From: an uncultured virus (IMG/VR IMGVR_UViG_3300030102_002720) | Lineage: Duplodnaviria > Heunggongvirae > Uroviricota > Caudoviricetes | DNA length: 64,000 nucleotides | Virus record (IMG/VR): IMGVR_UViG_3300030102_002720 | Location: 1-64,000 of that record | Strand: one strand, 5' to 3' | Shown here: in pieces, positions 39,609 through 49,207 of the stretch | Position numbering within the stretch: the first letter of the stretch is position 1 | Layout of the letters: each line of letters begins with the position of its first letter | Translations under genes and position numbers: made by a program | Notes under the pieces: model-generated | What the model was told of the DNA's origin: nothing | The model's database searches: none | What the model saw: the letters and a program-made list of their open reading frames with translations, nothing else

Positions 39609-40007
39609 ATGGTTTGGCAACTTTTAGCTAAACCCTTACTAGGCGTAGCCACGGATGCAGTTCGTGGCTTCGTTGAAACGAAGAAACTAAAAGGCGAAGT
39701 TAAGATTGCACAAATTAAAGCAGAAAAGAAAAAACAAGAAGACATCGCTGCCGGAAAAATTAAGTGGGAGGCAGCAGCTGTAGATCAAATGAAAGGATCG
39801 TGGAAAGACGAACTAATTTTAATTTGCCTACTGGCGCCGGCGATTGCTGTTTTCGTGCCTGGATGGACACCACACATAAAAGCTGGGTTTGAGGCACTGC
39901 ACTCACTTCCGGACTATTATAAACATTTATTATATCTGGCCTGCTCAGTTTCTTTTGGCGTGAAGGCGGGACCAGCAGCAATGAATTTATTTAAAAGGGG
40001 GAAATAA
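39609..40007 (+). CDS. putative holin
   Basis: SWKDE motif plus two hydrophobic segments; close to the lysozyme. Confidence 0.5.
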   Translation: MVWQLLAKPLLGVATDAVRGFVETKKLKGEVKIAQIKAEKKKQEDIAAGKIKWEAAAVDQMKGSWKDELILICLLAPAIAVFVPGWTPHIKAGFEALHSLPDYYKHLLYLACSVSFGVKAGPAAMNLFKRGK

Positions 40008-40297
40008 TGGCTAAGAAAAAATTAACTGATTTAAGTGGTGATGGTAAAATAACTCGTAAAGATGTTTTGATTGGACGAGGAGTTATCAAAGCTAAAAAAG
40101 GTGGATCTGTAAAAAAGAAAAAAAGTAAATCTACTGTAAACAAAGCTGGAAATTATACTAAACCAGGACTACGTAAAAGAATATTTAACCGTATAAAATC
40201 ACAAGCATCACATGGGACCGCCGCAGGACAATGGTCAGCTAGGAAGGCCCAGGCAATGGCGAAGGCTTATAAAAAAGCTGGTGGTGGTTATAAATAA
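40007..40297 (+). CDS. small Lys/Arg-rich protein
   Basis: DLSGDGKITRKD; NYTKPGLR...GQWSARKAQ...YKKAGGGY. Confidence 0.65.
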   Translation: MAKKKLTDLSGDGKITRKDVLIGRGVIKAKKGGSVKKKKSKSTVNKAGNYTKPGLRKRIFNRIKSQASHGTAAGQWSARKAQAMAKAYKKAGGGYK

Positions 40298-40299
40298 AA

Positions 40300-40539
40300 A
40301 TGGGTCTGGCTAAATCACAGAAAAGTTTAAAGGATTGGGGCAAACAAAAATGGAGAACAAAATCTGGAAAAAAATCAAGTGTTACTGGCGAGCGTTATTT
40401 GCCAAGTGCAGCGATAAAAAACTTATCTCCACAGGAGTATGCTGCCACTACAAGGGCTAAACGAAAAGCTAAAAAGAAAGGCAAACAATTTTCTAAGCAA
40501 CCAAAAAGAATTGCTAAGAAAACAAAACGTTTTAGATAA
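40300..40539 (+). CDS. small Lys/Arg-rich protein
   Basis: SLKDW.KQKWRTKSGK.S..TGERYLP. Confidence 0.65.
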   Translation: MGLAKSQKSLKDWGKQKWRTKSGKKSSVTGERYLPSAAIKNLSPQEYAATTRAKRKAKKKGKQFSKQPKRIAKKTKRFR

Positions 40540-40553
40540 CGAAAGGTATATAT

Positions 40554-40991
40554 ATGAATATGGAAAGACTACTACAATCCGTTAAGGATCACGAAGGATA
40601 TCGCAATAAAGTATATCTAGATACCCTAGGAAAGAGAACAGTGGGAGTGGGTCACCTCTGTGTTGAAGACTTTTGGGAAGACGATAAAGAGTATGAAGAA
40701 AAGTTTTTAATGACTATACTAGAGCATGATTTACAAACTGCTATCAAAGGATCTGAAGAACTTATGCAAGAACATGGTTGTTCAGATATAGATGATTTAG
40801 CTAAAGAAATTATAGTAGAAATGGTGTTTCAGCTTGGCAAGACAGGCGTATCTAAATTCCGTAACATGTGGAAAGCTTTGTCGGAACTCAATTATGTGGG
40901 TGCAAGTTTTGAAATGCTTGACTCAAAATGGGCTAAACAAACACCCAACAGGGCCAATGGCATGGCAAATCTTATGAAAGGAATAGGCTAG
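40554..40991 (+). CDS. endolysin, T4-type lysozyme (GH24)
   Basis: HEG.R..VY.DTLG..TVGVGH (E-D-T triad); MVFQLG; EMLDSKWAKQTPNRA. Confidence 0.9.
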   Translation: MNMERLLQSVKDHEGYRNKVYLDTLGKRTVGVGHLCVEDFWEDDKEYEEKFLMTILEHDLQTAIKGSEELMQEHGCSDIDDLAKEIIVEMVFQLGKTGVSKFRNMWKALSELNYVGASFEMLDSKWAKQTPNRANGMANLMKGIG

Positions 40992-41203
40992 TGGATATTA
41001 TAAAAATTGTTGATTATACAAAAAACATAATAAAAACTAGACAAGAACAAGTTAATACAGTTATAAGCAAGGGTGTAAAAGATTTTGAAGAGTATAAATA
41101 TCTTCTTGGGAAATTACACGCTTATAACGAAATTATACAGGAACTCACGGACCTGCTAAAAAAACAGGAGCATTATGACGAAGACGACTTTACTAAAACC
41201 TAA
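40991..41203 (+). CDS. hypothetical protein
   Basis: GVKDFEEYKYLLG; precedes GroES. Confidence 0.6.
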   Translation: MDIIKIVDYTKNIIKTRQEQVNTVISKGVKDFEEYKYLLGKLHAYNEIIQELTDLLKKQEHYDEDDFTKT

Positions 41204-41597
41204 ACCAGTTAGTATCATAGATATTAACGAAAAACCCTATAAGACAAAAAAAGAAGTAGAAAAGGTTCCAGAACCTACTGGATTTAGAATTGTTTTATTT
41301 CCTTTACTTCTACAGAAGAAAACTAAAGCTGGATTACATTTAACTGATGAGACTGTTGCAGAAGCACAAGTATCTACAAATGTTTGTAAAGTTTTAAAAA
41401 TAGGACCAGACGCTTACAAAGACAAGGACAGATTTCCTAATGGTGCGTGGTGCAAAGAAGAGGATTGGGTTCTTATTACTAAATATGCAGGATCAAGAAT
41501 TCGCATTGATGGTGGAGAACTTAGAATAGTGAATGATGATGAAATACTGGCAGTCATTGATCACCCAAAAGATATATTGCCAGCGAGTTTATTTTAG
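41175..41597 (+). CDS. groES: phage co-chaperonin GroES
   Basis: P.G.RIV...KTKAGLHL...VLKIGP...KYAGSRI.IDG.ELRIVNDDEILAV. Confidence 0.88.
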   Translation: MTKTTLLKPKPVSIIDINEKPYKTKKEVEKVPEPTGFRIVLFPLLLQKKTKAGLHLTDETVAEAQVSTNVCKVLKIGPDAYKDKDRFPNGAWCKEEDWVLITKYAGSRIRIDGGELRIVNDDEILAVIDHPKDILPASLF

Positions 41598-41606
41598 GAG
41601 AAAATT

Positions 41607-42551
41607 ATGGCTGAAGAAAAATTAATACCATTAGATACTTCTGGAAACGACGTTGAAGTTACATTGAAAGAAGAGGACAACAAAGAAGAAGTAGCTGTTC
41701 AGGAAAGTAATATTAGGGAAGTTCCAAAAGAAGAAACACAAGTAGAGGTTCAAGAAGAAAAACCTGAAGAAGCAACCAAAGAAAATAAAGATGAATTAGA
41801 AGAGTATAGTGCTACTGTTAAAAAACGTATTGATAAACTTACACGCAAAATGCGTGAAGCAGAACGTAAAGAACAAGCAGCAATAGAGTATGCTAAAAAA
41901 GTTCAAGAAGAAAATAAAAAGTTAAACACTAGATTTGAAAGTAGTAATGCAGCGTATGTAGATGACATAACTACCAGAGTTAATTCTCAATTAGAATCAG
42001 CAAAAGCTAATTTAAAAAATGCTATTACTAACGGAGACGTTGATGCTCAAGTTACTTATCAAAGACAAATAGCTGGTTTAACTCAAGAAGAAGATAGAAT
42101 TAAAAGAGAAAAAATGAAACTTGAGAGTAGGAAGGAAGAGTCTGTTAAACAAGAGTCTGCTCCACCTGCTCTTAAAGCTCCACCAAAGCCAGATCCTAAA
42201 GCTGTTAAATGGGCAGAGGATAATCCTTGGTTTGGAGAAGATCAAATAATGACGTATGCAGCTTATGGATTGCATCAACAATTAACTGATCAAGAAGGTT
42301 TCGATCCTACGTCTGATGAATATTATGAAGAAATCGACAAACGGATAAAAAAAGAGTTTCCTAATCGCTTTAAAGATAGTAAAGTAGAGGAAAATAGTAG
42401 TAATGGTAAACCCGTCCAAGCCGTTGCTTCTGCAAATCGATCGACTAAACCTGGACGCAAAGTTGTGAGACTCACACCCTCACAAGTTGCAATAGCAAAG
42501 AAACTTGGTGTGCCGCTTGAAGAGTACGCAAAACACGTGAAGGAGGCGTAA
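41607..42551 (+). CDS. putative capsid scaffolding protein
   Basis: Acidic N-terminus, coiled coils (KKRIDKLT), W...NPWF; upstream of the capsid genes. Confidence 0.6.
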   Translation: MAEEKLIPLDTSGNDVEVTLKEEDNKEEVAVQESNIREVPKEETQVEVQEEKPEEATKENKDELEEYSATVKKRIDKLTRKMREAERKEQAAIEYAKKVQEENKKLNTRFESSNAAYVDDITTRVNSQLESAKANLKNAITNGDVDAQVTYQRQIAGLTQEEDRIKREKMKLESRKEESVKQESAPPALKAPPKPDPKAVKWAEDNPWFGEDQIMTYAAYGLHQQLTDQEGFDPTSDEYYEEIDKRIKKEFPNRFKDSKVEENSSNGKPVQAVASANRSTKPGRKVVRLTPSQVAIAKKLGVPLEEYAKHVKEA

Positions 42552-43016
42552 ATGACTGATTCAAATAAAAAAACTTCACGCAAAAACGAGACCCGTGAAG
42601 TAAAAGCTCGTAAAAGAGGTTGGGTTCCACCTTCAAATTTAGAGGCCCCTGAACCGCCAGAAGGTTATCACCATAGGTGGGTAAGGTTTGAGTTTAGAGG
42701 AACGGCAGACGATAAGAATGTCACCGCTAGAATCAGATCAGGCTATGAACCTGTGAGAGCAGATGAGTATCCTGATAGACTAGACTTACCTGTATTAACT
42801 GACGGCAAGTTTAAAGGCGTTATAGCTGTAGGTGGATTAATGTTAATGCGTTGCCCGATTGAAGTTAAAGAAGATAGAGATGAATATTTCGCTAATTTAA
42901 CTAATGACCAGCAACAATCCGTTGACAACGATCTTATGAAGGAAGAGCACCCTTCCATGCCAATCTCGAAAGAGAGGCAATCTCGGGTAACATTTGGTGG
43001 TAATAAAAAATCTTGA
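42552..43016 (+). CDS. conserved head-region hypothetical protein
   Basis: W.PP..L.AP.PP.G..HRWVR...GYEPVR...GGL.L; AAGGAGG RBS. Confidence 0.65.
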   Translation: MTDSNKKTSRKNETREVKARKRGWVPPSNLEAPEPPEGYHHRWVRFEFRGTADDKNVTARIRSGYEPVRADEYPDRLDLPVLTDGKFKGVIAVGGLMLMRCPIEVKEDRDEYFANLTNDQQQSVDNDLMKEEHPSMPISKERQSRVTFGGNKKS

Positions 43017-43062
43017 TGGGCAAGGTCTATGTTACCACTCAATAGTCTAAAGGAGACATATT

Positions 43063-43689
43063 ATGGCTAATATAGATGCAGCATTTGGTTTACGTCCTTA
43101 CGAAAAATCAGGTGCAGACTATAATAATCAAGGCGTTAATGCGTATCCTATTAACTTCGACGGCTTAACCACTGGAACTACTAGTAAAATTTACACTGGT
43201 ACTCCGGTAATTCCTCTAGCTAGTGGGTTAATAGATGTGCCTGGCGCTGCGGCTGGTGGTACAGTTCCTTTGTTAGGTGTATTCATGGGTTGTAAGTATA
43301 TTGCAACTGATGGCACTCCAACTTGGGCATCATACTTTCCAGGTTATGCGGCTATCAAGCCGTCAACTGAAGCAATTGGTTATGTTTGTGATAATCCTGA
43401 ATCATTATTTGTTATTAATGCAGATGGTGCGTTACCAGATAACGCTCTTTTTGCTAACGCAAATTTTGCAACAGCAACCACAGGCAATGACACAAGTGGT
43501 TACTCACTTGGTGAATTAGCTACTGGAACTATCGCTGTAGGTGGTGGTTCAACAGCATTGAATATGAAAATAGTAGGATTCGATGATGAAGCTTCAGTAG
43601 CAGAAGGTGCAGTTGATAAAGCTGCAGCAGGTCGATTAGCGATCGTAAAACTTAACGTTCATTTCATGAACTCAACCTCAGGGATATAG
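43063..43689 (+). CDS. putative capsid decoration/minor head protein
   Basis: MAN.DA.FGLRP...LLGVFMGC.Y; immediately before the major capsid gene. Confidence 0.55.
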   Translation: MANIDAAFGLRPYEKSGADYNNQGVNAYPINFDGLTTGTTSKIYTGTPVIPLASGLIDVPGAAAGGTVPLLGVFMGCKYIATDGTPTWASYFPGYAAIKPSTEAIGYVCDNPESLFVINADGALPDNALFANANFATATTGNDTSGYSLGELATGTIAVGGGSTALNMKIVGFDDEASVAEGAVDKAAAGRLAIVKLNVHFMNSTSGI

Positions 43690-43699
43690 GAGATAGGAT

Positions 43700-44602
43700 A
43701 TGGCTATTAATAGAGCACAGCTTGCCAAAGAACTAGAACCTGGTTTAAACGCCCTGTTCGGTTTGGAGTACGCACGCTACGAAGACGAAGCAGCTCAAAT
43801 TTTTGAGCAAGAAACAAGTGACAGAGCTTTTGAAGAAGAAGTTATGTTGGTTGGTTTTGGACAAGCTAACGTAAAGCAAGAAGGATCAGCAGTAGGTTTT
43901 GATACCGCTTCTGAATCTTTCACTGCTAGATACACTCACGATACTATTGCACTTGCATTTAGTTTGACTGAAGAAGCTGTTGAAGACAACTTATATGACA
44001 GTCTATCAGCTCGTTACACAAAAGCCCTAGCAAGATCTATGGCTTATACTAAACAAGTTAGAGGCGCTAACGTATTAAACAATGCGTTCACAGTTGCTGG
44101 TGGAGATGGAGTTAGCTTAGCTAACACTGCTCACCCAACAGCTTTAGGTGGTAACTTCTCAAACAGAAGTGCTACTGATGCAGACCTCAACGAAACCTCA
44201 TTAGAACAAGCGATGATTGATATTGCTGGTTTTATCGACGAAAGAGGGCTTAAAATTGCAATGAAAGCACAGCAGATGATTATCCCTGTAAACTTGCAGT
44301 TTGTGGCTGACAGGATCTTAGAATCCACACTCAGAGTTGGTACTGCTGACAATGACATTAACGCTCTGAAAAATATGGGGATGCTACCAGGTGGTTACAC
44401 AGTTAACCATTATCTAACGGATACGGATGCATACTTCATTAAAACAGATTGTCCTAATGGATTTAAACACTTCACAAGAGCTGCCCTTGCTACTGGCATG
44501 GAAGGCGATTTTGATACAGGAAACATGAGATACAAAGCACGTGAGAGATACAGCTTTGGTTACTCAGATCCTAGATGTGTTTACGCATCACAAGGTTCAT
44601 AA
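43700..44602 (+). CDS. major capsid protein
   Basis: MAINRAQLAKELEPGLNALFG...EEAVEDNLY...GDFDTGNMRYKARERYSFG; followed by a strong terminator. Confidence 0.85.
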   Translation: MAINRAQLAKELEPGLNALFGLEYARYEDEAAQIFEQETSDRAFEEEVMLVGFGQANVKQEGSAVGFDTASESFTARYTHDTIALAFSLTEEAVEDNLYDSLSARYTKALARSMAYTKQVRGANVLNNAFTVAGGDGVSLANTAHPTALGGNFSNRSATDADLNETSLEQAMIDIAGFIDERGLKIAMKAQQMIIPVNLQFVADRILESTLRVGTADNDINALKNMGMLPGGYTVNHYLTDTDAYFIKTDCPNGFKHFTRAALATGMEGDFDTGNMRYKARERYSFGYSDPRCVYASQGS

Positions 44603-44630
44603 TCTAACACTGGATCCTCCCAGATCTAAG

Positions 44631-44656
44631 AAGGCGGTTGCAAGACCGCCTTTTTT
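44631..44656 (+). terminator. intrinsic terminator after the major capsid gene
   Basis: aaggcggt-tgcaag-accgcctt followed by a T-run. Confidence 0.8.
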
Positions 44657-44710
44657 GTTTTACAAGAGAATATACTCAAGACTTAACAAGACAACTAAAA
44701 GGAGGTTGAC

Positions 44711-45142
44711 ATGGGTACAACTACATTTTCTGGTCCGGTAAAAGCTGGAACAGTAAGAGAAGGAACAGGTATCAATACAGGATCTGTATTGATGGCTCAA
44801 TCAGCAGTAATAGATATTATTGGTGCTACTAACACGACAGCTGTAGGTATTATTCCTGCTAACTCACAGATAGTAGATGTAATTTTAAACGTTACAACTG
44901 CATCTGATGATGGTGGTGCTGCAACTGTAAAAATTGGTCACGTAGGTGACGATGACGAGTATCTTCCAGCTACTAACGCAAAAGCTACAGGTACAACTAG
45001 AGGCACAATTGGTGCTGATGGTACTGATATTGGTACGTCTGATCAAACTGTTAACGCTATTTATACAGCAGCTAATGGTAATGGTGCTAATGGTGCAGCT
45101 ACAGTAACTGTTCTTTATATTCAAAATAATAACTTAAGCTAG
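44711..45142 (+). CDS. structural protein (MGTTTFSGPV...)
   Basis: AAGGAGG RBS; IPANSQIVD beta-rich sequence. Confidence 0.6.
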   Translation: MGTTTFSGPVKAGTVREGTGINTGSVLMAQSAVIDIIGATNTTAVGIIPANSQIVDVILNVTTASDDGGAATVKIGHVGDDDEYLPATNAKATGTTRGTIGADGTDIGTSDQTVNAIYTAANGNGANGAATVTVLYIQNNNLS

Positions 45143-45150
45143 GAGTTAAT

Positions 45151-45465
45151 ATGTTTGGTATTAAAACAACTCAATTAACTGCAAGTGGACAAGTTACAAC
45201 TAAAGTATCATCAGGCGGTAACACTCTTAGTGCGCCAGCACGTGTGTTAGGGCTAACTGTTCAATGCGGTGCAACTGAAGGCAGAGTTGATTTGATAGAT
45301 AATGGTTCTGGTGGAACTGTTAAATTCTCTCAAGTTACTCCTGCTATTGGTTCTGGAGAAGATGAGATTCTTCAAATTGATTTTCCAGATATGGGATTAA
45401 AATTTGATACCGATCTTTATGTTTTCTTCAATCAAGCCACTAAAGTAAATGTAATTTATGGCTAA
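45151..45465 (+). CDS. small structural protein
   Basis: AGGAG RBS; beta-rich; ends in YG. Confidence 0.55.
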   Translation: MFGIKTTQLTASGQVTTKVSSGGNTLSAPARVLGLTVQCGATEGRVDLIDNGSGGTVKFSQVTPAIGSGEDEILQIDFPDMGLKFDTDLYVFFNQATKVNVIYG

Positions 45466-45736
45466 AGATCCTAGATTAAAAAGAGCGGGGGTAAGCGGTT
45501 ATAACAAACCAAAGCGTACCCCCAATCATCCAAAAAAATCACACGTAGTTGTTGCTAAAGAAGGCAGCAAAGTAAAGACCATTAGATATGGTCAACAAGG
45601 AGTTTCAGGCGCAGGAAAAAATCCTAAGTCTAAAAAAGATAAAGCGAGACGAAAATCATTTAAAGCAAGACATGCAAAAAATATTTCTAAAGGAAAAATG
45701 TCAGCAGCATATTGGGCAAATAGGAGTAAATGGTAG
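45458..45736 (+). CDS. small Lys/Arg-rich protein
   Basis: GYNKPKRTP.HP.KSH...IR.GQQG...RRKSF.ARH...SAAYWA..KW. Confidence 0.65.
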   Translation: MAKDPRLKRAGVSGYNKPKRTPNHPKKSHVVVAKEGSKVKTIRYGQQGVSGAGKNPKSKKDKARRKSFKARHAKNISKGKMSAAYWANRSKW

Positions 45737-46299
45737 TGAGATTACTTTTTATTATTTTAACTTTTATATTAGTTGTTGCTACAGTAACTAGTGCGAAAGC
45801 AGAAACAAACACTGTAAGTTCTACTGTTGTTACAAATAATACACCACCTACCGCAAACTCACCAAGTGTTGTTGTAAACAATTCTGATGTTTGTAAGACA
45901 GCGGTAGCGGGCGCAGTGCAGACTCAGATCCTCGGAATTTCGTCGGGAATTACAGTCACGGATGAGAACTGTGAAAGAATAAAATTAGCAAGGTCTTTAT
46001 ATGCATCAGGCATGAAAGTGGCATCTGTGTCAATATTGTGTCAAGACCCACGTGTTTGGGACAGCATGACTATGGCAGGCACCCCATGTCCGTATATGGG
46101 TTCTATTGGCGAAGAAGCATCAAAAGCTTGGGAAGAAAATCCTGATATGATTCCAGAAGGAAGTCTTATTCTTGCAAAAATGGAAAAAGAAGAAAAAGAA
46201 ATTAAAAAATCAGAAGGATTGAGCGATGGGCAAAAGTTGGCTAAATTTATTTTATTTGGTATGGCTATGCATTCTGGTATCGTGGCCTTCTTCCCTTAG
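45730..46299 (+). CDS. exported protein with signal peptide, 4 Cys and a C-terminal hydrophobic segment
   Basis: Hydrophobic N-terminus with an AKA cleavage motif; D.NCER.KL, LCQD and AGTPCP. Confidence 0.65.
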   Translation: MVVRLLFIILTFILVVATVTSAKAETNTVSSTVVTNNTPPTANSPSVVVNNSDVCKTAVAGAVQTQILGISSGITVTDENCERIKLARSLYASGMKVASVSILCQDPRVWDSMTMAGTPCPYMGSIGEEASKAWEENPDMIPEGSLILAKMEKEEKEIKKSEGLSDGQKLAKFILFGMAMHSGIVAFFP

Positions 46300-47872
46300 A
46301 GCTGAGTGTCCTGTCACAGCGACAGGAGTTTGTACACCTGGCGTAGAAGAAACAATCGTAATCACAGAAACAGAATCAATAGAATACGAGGCAGACGGTC
46401 ATACCGTCACAACAGAAACAACCACTACTACCACGACAACAACAGTTACCAATGAAGATTCTGGTAACATATTGGATGGCAGTGAGGGCTACGTCATACC
46501 TAGATATGAAGGCGATATGGATACAGACTGGGGAGGACAAGGTCCTGCAAACATGCCATCAGGCAATGGTTGTTACGAACTAGGTTCAGATAAATGTGCA
46601 CAAATTACTGGATCAGGTAATTCAACATCTACAATGGGTGTATCAGGTATGGGTACAACGTTTATTAACACTGTAGATATATCAGAGTTAGATATAGAGA
46701 ATGGCGGCCGTACTAATTACACAATTAAAGTAGACAAGAGAGATTCACAAGATCGTATCTACATGCACATTACAGGGAAAAATGGTAACACGAGTGTATT
46801 CAGTGGCACTGATATATTATCAGAATCTGGTGTAACAAGTGGCTATCAAGAATATGAAGGCGGTTTTGATTTTAGTGGTACAATTACAACCTTAATTATA
46901 GAAGTAGGCGGTAGAGATATTAATCTTGCTATAGGGCCCTTGTTCGATGACGTCACAGTTAATGTTTTGTATAATGTTGTTAGTACAATAGTTACTCAAC
47001 AAATTACGTCAGTTGAAATGTGGATAGCTTATGGAGGTAGTACAGAGACTGAAGTTATAGATATTATAGAAAATATTTTTGATCATAATGATATTGTCGT
47101 GCCAGAATCACCTGGTGATGATATGTTCTTTGAACCAGAGTTTGATGAGCCAGATATGGATGTATCTTACGAGACTGTAGAAATGGAAATGGAGATTCCA
47201 AGTTTTGAGATGGAGCTTCCAGAAACAGACATAGAGATGCCTGAAGTAGAGATAGCTAATATTGAAGTTGAGATGGAAATGGAGATGGAATTAGAGATTG
47301 AAGTTGCCCCAGAACCAGATACAATGGAGTCAGAACCTGAAATGGAGGAGCCAGTTAATGAGCCAGAACCAGAACCAGAATCTCAACCCGAAGCTAAAGC
47401 TGAGCCAGAATCCGTGGATGAGCCTACTGAAGAAGATTCTTCAGAAGCTGAAACTAATACGGAAGAGGAGTCTGAACCGGAAGAGAGCGTTTCGGAGACT
47501 GAGGCAAATGAAAGTGAATCAGAAGATTTGGGAGAAGCGGAAGATAAAGGTGAAGACGAAGCGCCTGTAAAAAAACCTGAGTCTAAAAAAGAAAAAGCAG
47601 CTAAAAAAATTGTAAAAAAGATGGGTGATAAAGGTAGATATGATTCAACAAATCAGTTAAAAACATTAATTGTGATGCAGGTATTAGGTGATACAAAAAC
47701 CTTTTTTGACTCACAACAACAATTAAATGATAGGCAAGGATTTTTTACAGATTACATGATACCTGACACAATGATTGAAAATAATAATGTGGCGCAATGG
47801 TATCTTTTTGCCGGTAGCGATGGTATGATGGATGAAATGATTATGCAACAATGGCAGACGGATTCGGAATAG
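46226..47872 (+). CDS. exported protein: globular beta domain + long Glu/Pro-rich linker
   Basis: Signal-like N-terminus; EVGGRD...GPLFDDV; EPEPEPE and EMEMEME tracts. Confidence 0.6.
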   Translation: MGKSWLNLFYLVWLCILVSWPSSLRAECPVTATGVCTPGVEETIVITETESIEYEADGHTVTTETTTTTTTTTVTNEDSGNILDGSEGYVIPRYEGDMDTDWGGQGPANMPSGNGCYELGSDKCAQITGSGNSTSTMGVSGMGTTFINTVDISELDIENGGRTNYTIKVDKRDSQDRIYMHITGKNGNTSVFSGTDILSESGVTSGYQEYEGGFDFSGTITTLIIEVGGRDINLAIGPLFDDVTVNVLYNVVSTIVTQQITSVEMWIAYGGSTETEVIDIIENIFDHNDIVVPESPGDDMFFEPEFDEPDMDVSYETVEMEMEIPSFEMELPETDIEMPEVEIANIEVEMEMEMELEIEVAPEPDTMESEPEMEEPVNEPEPEPESQPEAKAEPESVDEPTEEDSSEAETNTEEESEPEESVSETEANESESEDLGEAEDKGEDEAPVKKPESKKEKAAKKIVKKMGDKGRYDSTNQLKTLIVMQVLGDTKTFFDSQQQLNDRQGFFTDYMIPDTMIENNNVAQWYLFAGSDGMMDEMIMQQWQTDSE

Positions 47873-47874
47873 CA

Positions 47875-48426
47875 ATGGCTGAAGTTGAGTTTGCGGGACT
47901 TAAGTTTAAGGGCGGACGTATATTCGTTATCCTTACAGCCTTGACCACACTAGGTGGTGGACTGTGGGGTGGCTTTGAATTTTACAAAGATTATCTAACA
48001 ATGAAACAACAAATCCAAGAGTATGTAGCACCAGATCTCAGTGGCTTTGACAAAAGAATAGATCTAACAAAAGAAGAATTAAACAGCAAAACAGATATTA
48101 TACAAACAGAAGTAAATATGATAATGCAAGAAATGGAAATGATTATGTCTGAAATAAGATTAGTGTCAGATGTTGCAAATGAATTAAAAAATGATTTACG
48201 TCAAGATGTAAGACGAATTGAAAAAATAGTTAATGATGTAGAACAACAAACAAAAGAAGACTCAAGAGAAAATGCATCAGAATTAAAAGTTACTATTAAA
48301 GATATAGAAAATGATATGAAAGATTTAGAAATTAAATTAGATGAAAAAATGAAAGAACTACAAGAGAGTATAGACAAACAAATTAAGAAAGCTCTTAATA
48401 ATCCTTTGTCTCAAATGACAAACTAA
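47875..48426 (+). CDS. membrane-anchored coiled-coil protein
   Basis: N-terminal TM segment (IFVILTALTTLGGGLWGG), long heptads and C-terminal ALNNPL. Confidence 0.65.
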   Translation: MAEVEFAGLKFKGGRIFVILTALTTLGGGLWGGFEFYKDYLTMKQQIQEYVAPDLSGFDKRIDLTKEELNSKTDIIQTEVNMIMQEMEMIMSEIRLVSDVANELKNDLRQDVRRIEKIVNDVEQQTKEDSRENASELKVTIKDIENDMKDLEIKLDEKMKELQESIDKQIKKALNNPLSQMTN

Positions 48427-48497
48427 TGGATCCCATAACAATAGCATATACATGTTTTGCTGCTTTGTGGATTGTAGGTGCAATAACTTATTTGTAA
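48426..48497 (+). CDS. 23-aa hydrophobic peptide
   Basis: MDPITIAYTCFAALWIVGAITYL; TAATG coupling. Confidence 0.4.
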   Translation: MDPITIAYTCFAALWIVGAITYL

Positions 48498-48500
48498 GTT

Positions 48501-48641
48501 ATGGCTAAGTTGTTAGTAAGAAATGAATATTTTACTCCAATTAAAAAACGAACAAGTATAGGAAATTCTAGTAGATCAAAACCTAAAAATAAACATAGTT
48601 TAAAATCATGGAAAAAATACAACCGACAAGGCAAGAGATAA
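48501..48641 (+). CDS. 46-aa basic peptide ending KKYNRQGKR
   Basis: Manual translation; fills the gap in the operon. Confidence 0.55.
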   Translation: MAKLLVRNEYFTPIKKRTSIGNSSRSKPKNKHSLKSWKKYNRQGKR

Positions 48642-49207
48642 TTGACGACGTTAGACTTTGGTCTAAAAATTTTTTAGAAGTATCTAATGTACATTTAGGT
48701 GGCGTGCCTGCTTGTCCTTATGCAAAAAAAGCTTGGCACGATAATAAAGTTTGGGTGGCTGTTAAAACTAAACACAGCACTTATAAAAAAGAATTAAATG
48801 ATTGTCTGAAAAATTTAGATTTTACCAAAAAAGATATACTAATATTTTGTGACCCGTATTATAGTTACACTCCCGACGAGCTTCATCTTGCTACTGAGGC
48901 GTACAACGAATGGTATAATTCAAAAGATATATACTTCATGAGCTTTCATCCTTCTAATCCTGCCACTGTAGAAGAACAAGAGTTCCTTGTTTTTCCTACA
49001 GAAGAGGCACAGGAAATGGCAGAGGATTATCCTGAGTATAAATATTCTATGATGTTAGTACAAAAGTTCTCGCAATTACAGGAAGCTTCTGATAAATTAC
49101 ACAGAATGGGTTACTATAAAGAGTGGCCCAACGAGTACTATCAAGACGTTGTGGTATCTCGAGCTAAAAAATATAAAAAGATCTTAGGAGGTCAACATGA
49201 TGGGTAA
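48608..49207 (+). CDS. hypothetical protein (CPYA...FHP motif)
   Basis: PACPYAK, MSFHP and L..AS..L...GYY..W. Confidence 0.6.
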   Translation: MEKIQPTRQEIIDDVRLWSKNFLEVSNVHLGGVPACPYAKKAWHDNKVWVAVKTKHSTYKKELNDCLKNLDFTKKDILIFCDPYYSYTPDELHLATEAYNEWYNSKDIYFMSFHPSNPATVEEQEFLVFPTEEAQEMAEDYPEYKYSMMLVQKFSQLQEASDKLHRMGYYKEWPNEYYQDVVVSRAKKYKKILGGQHDG

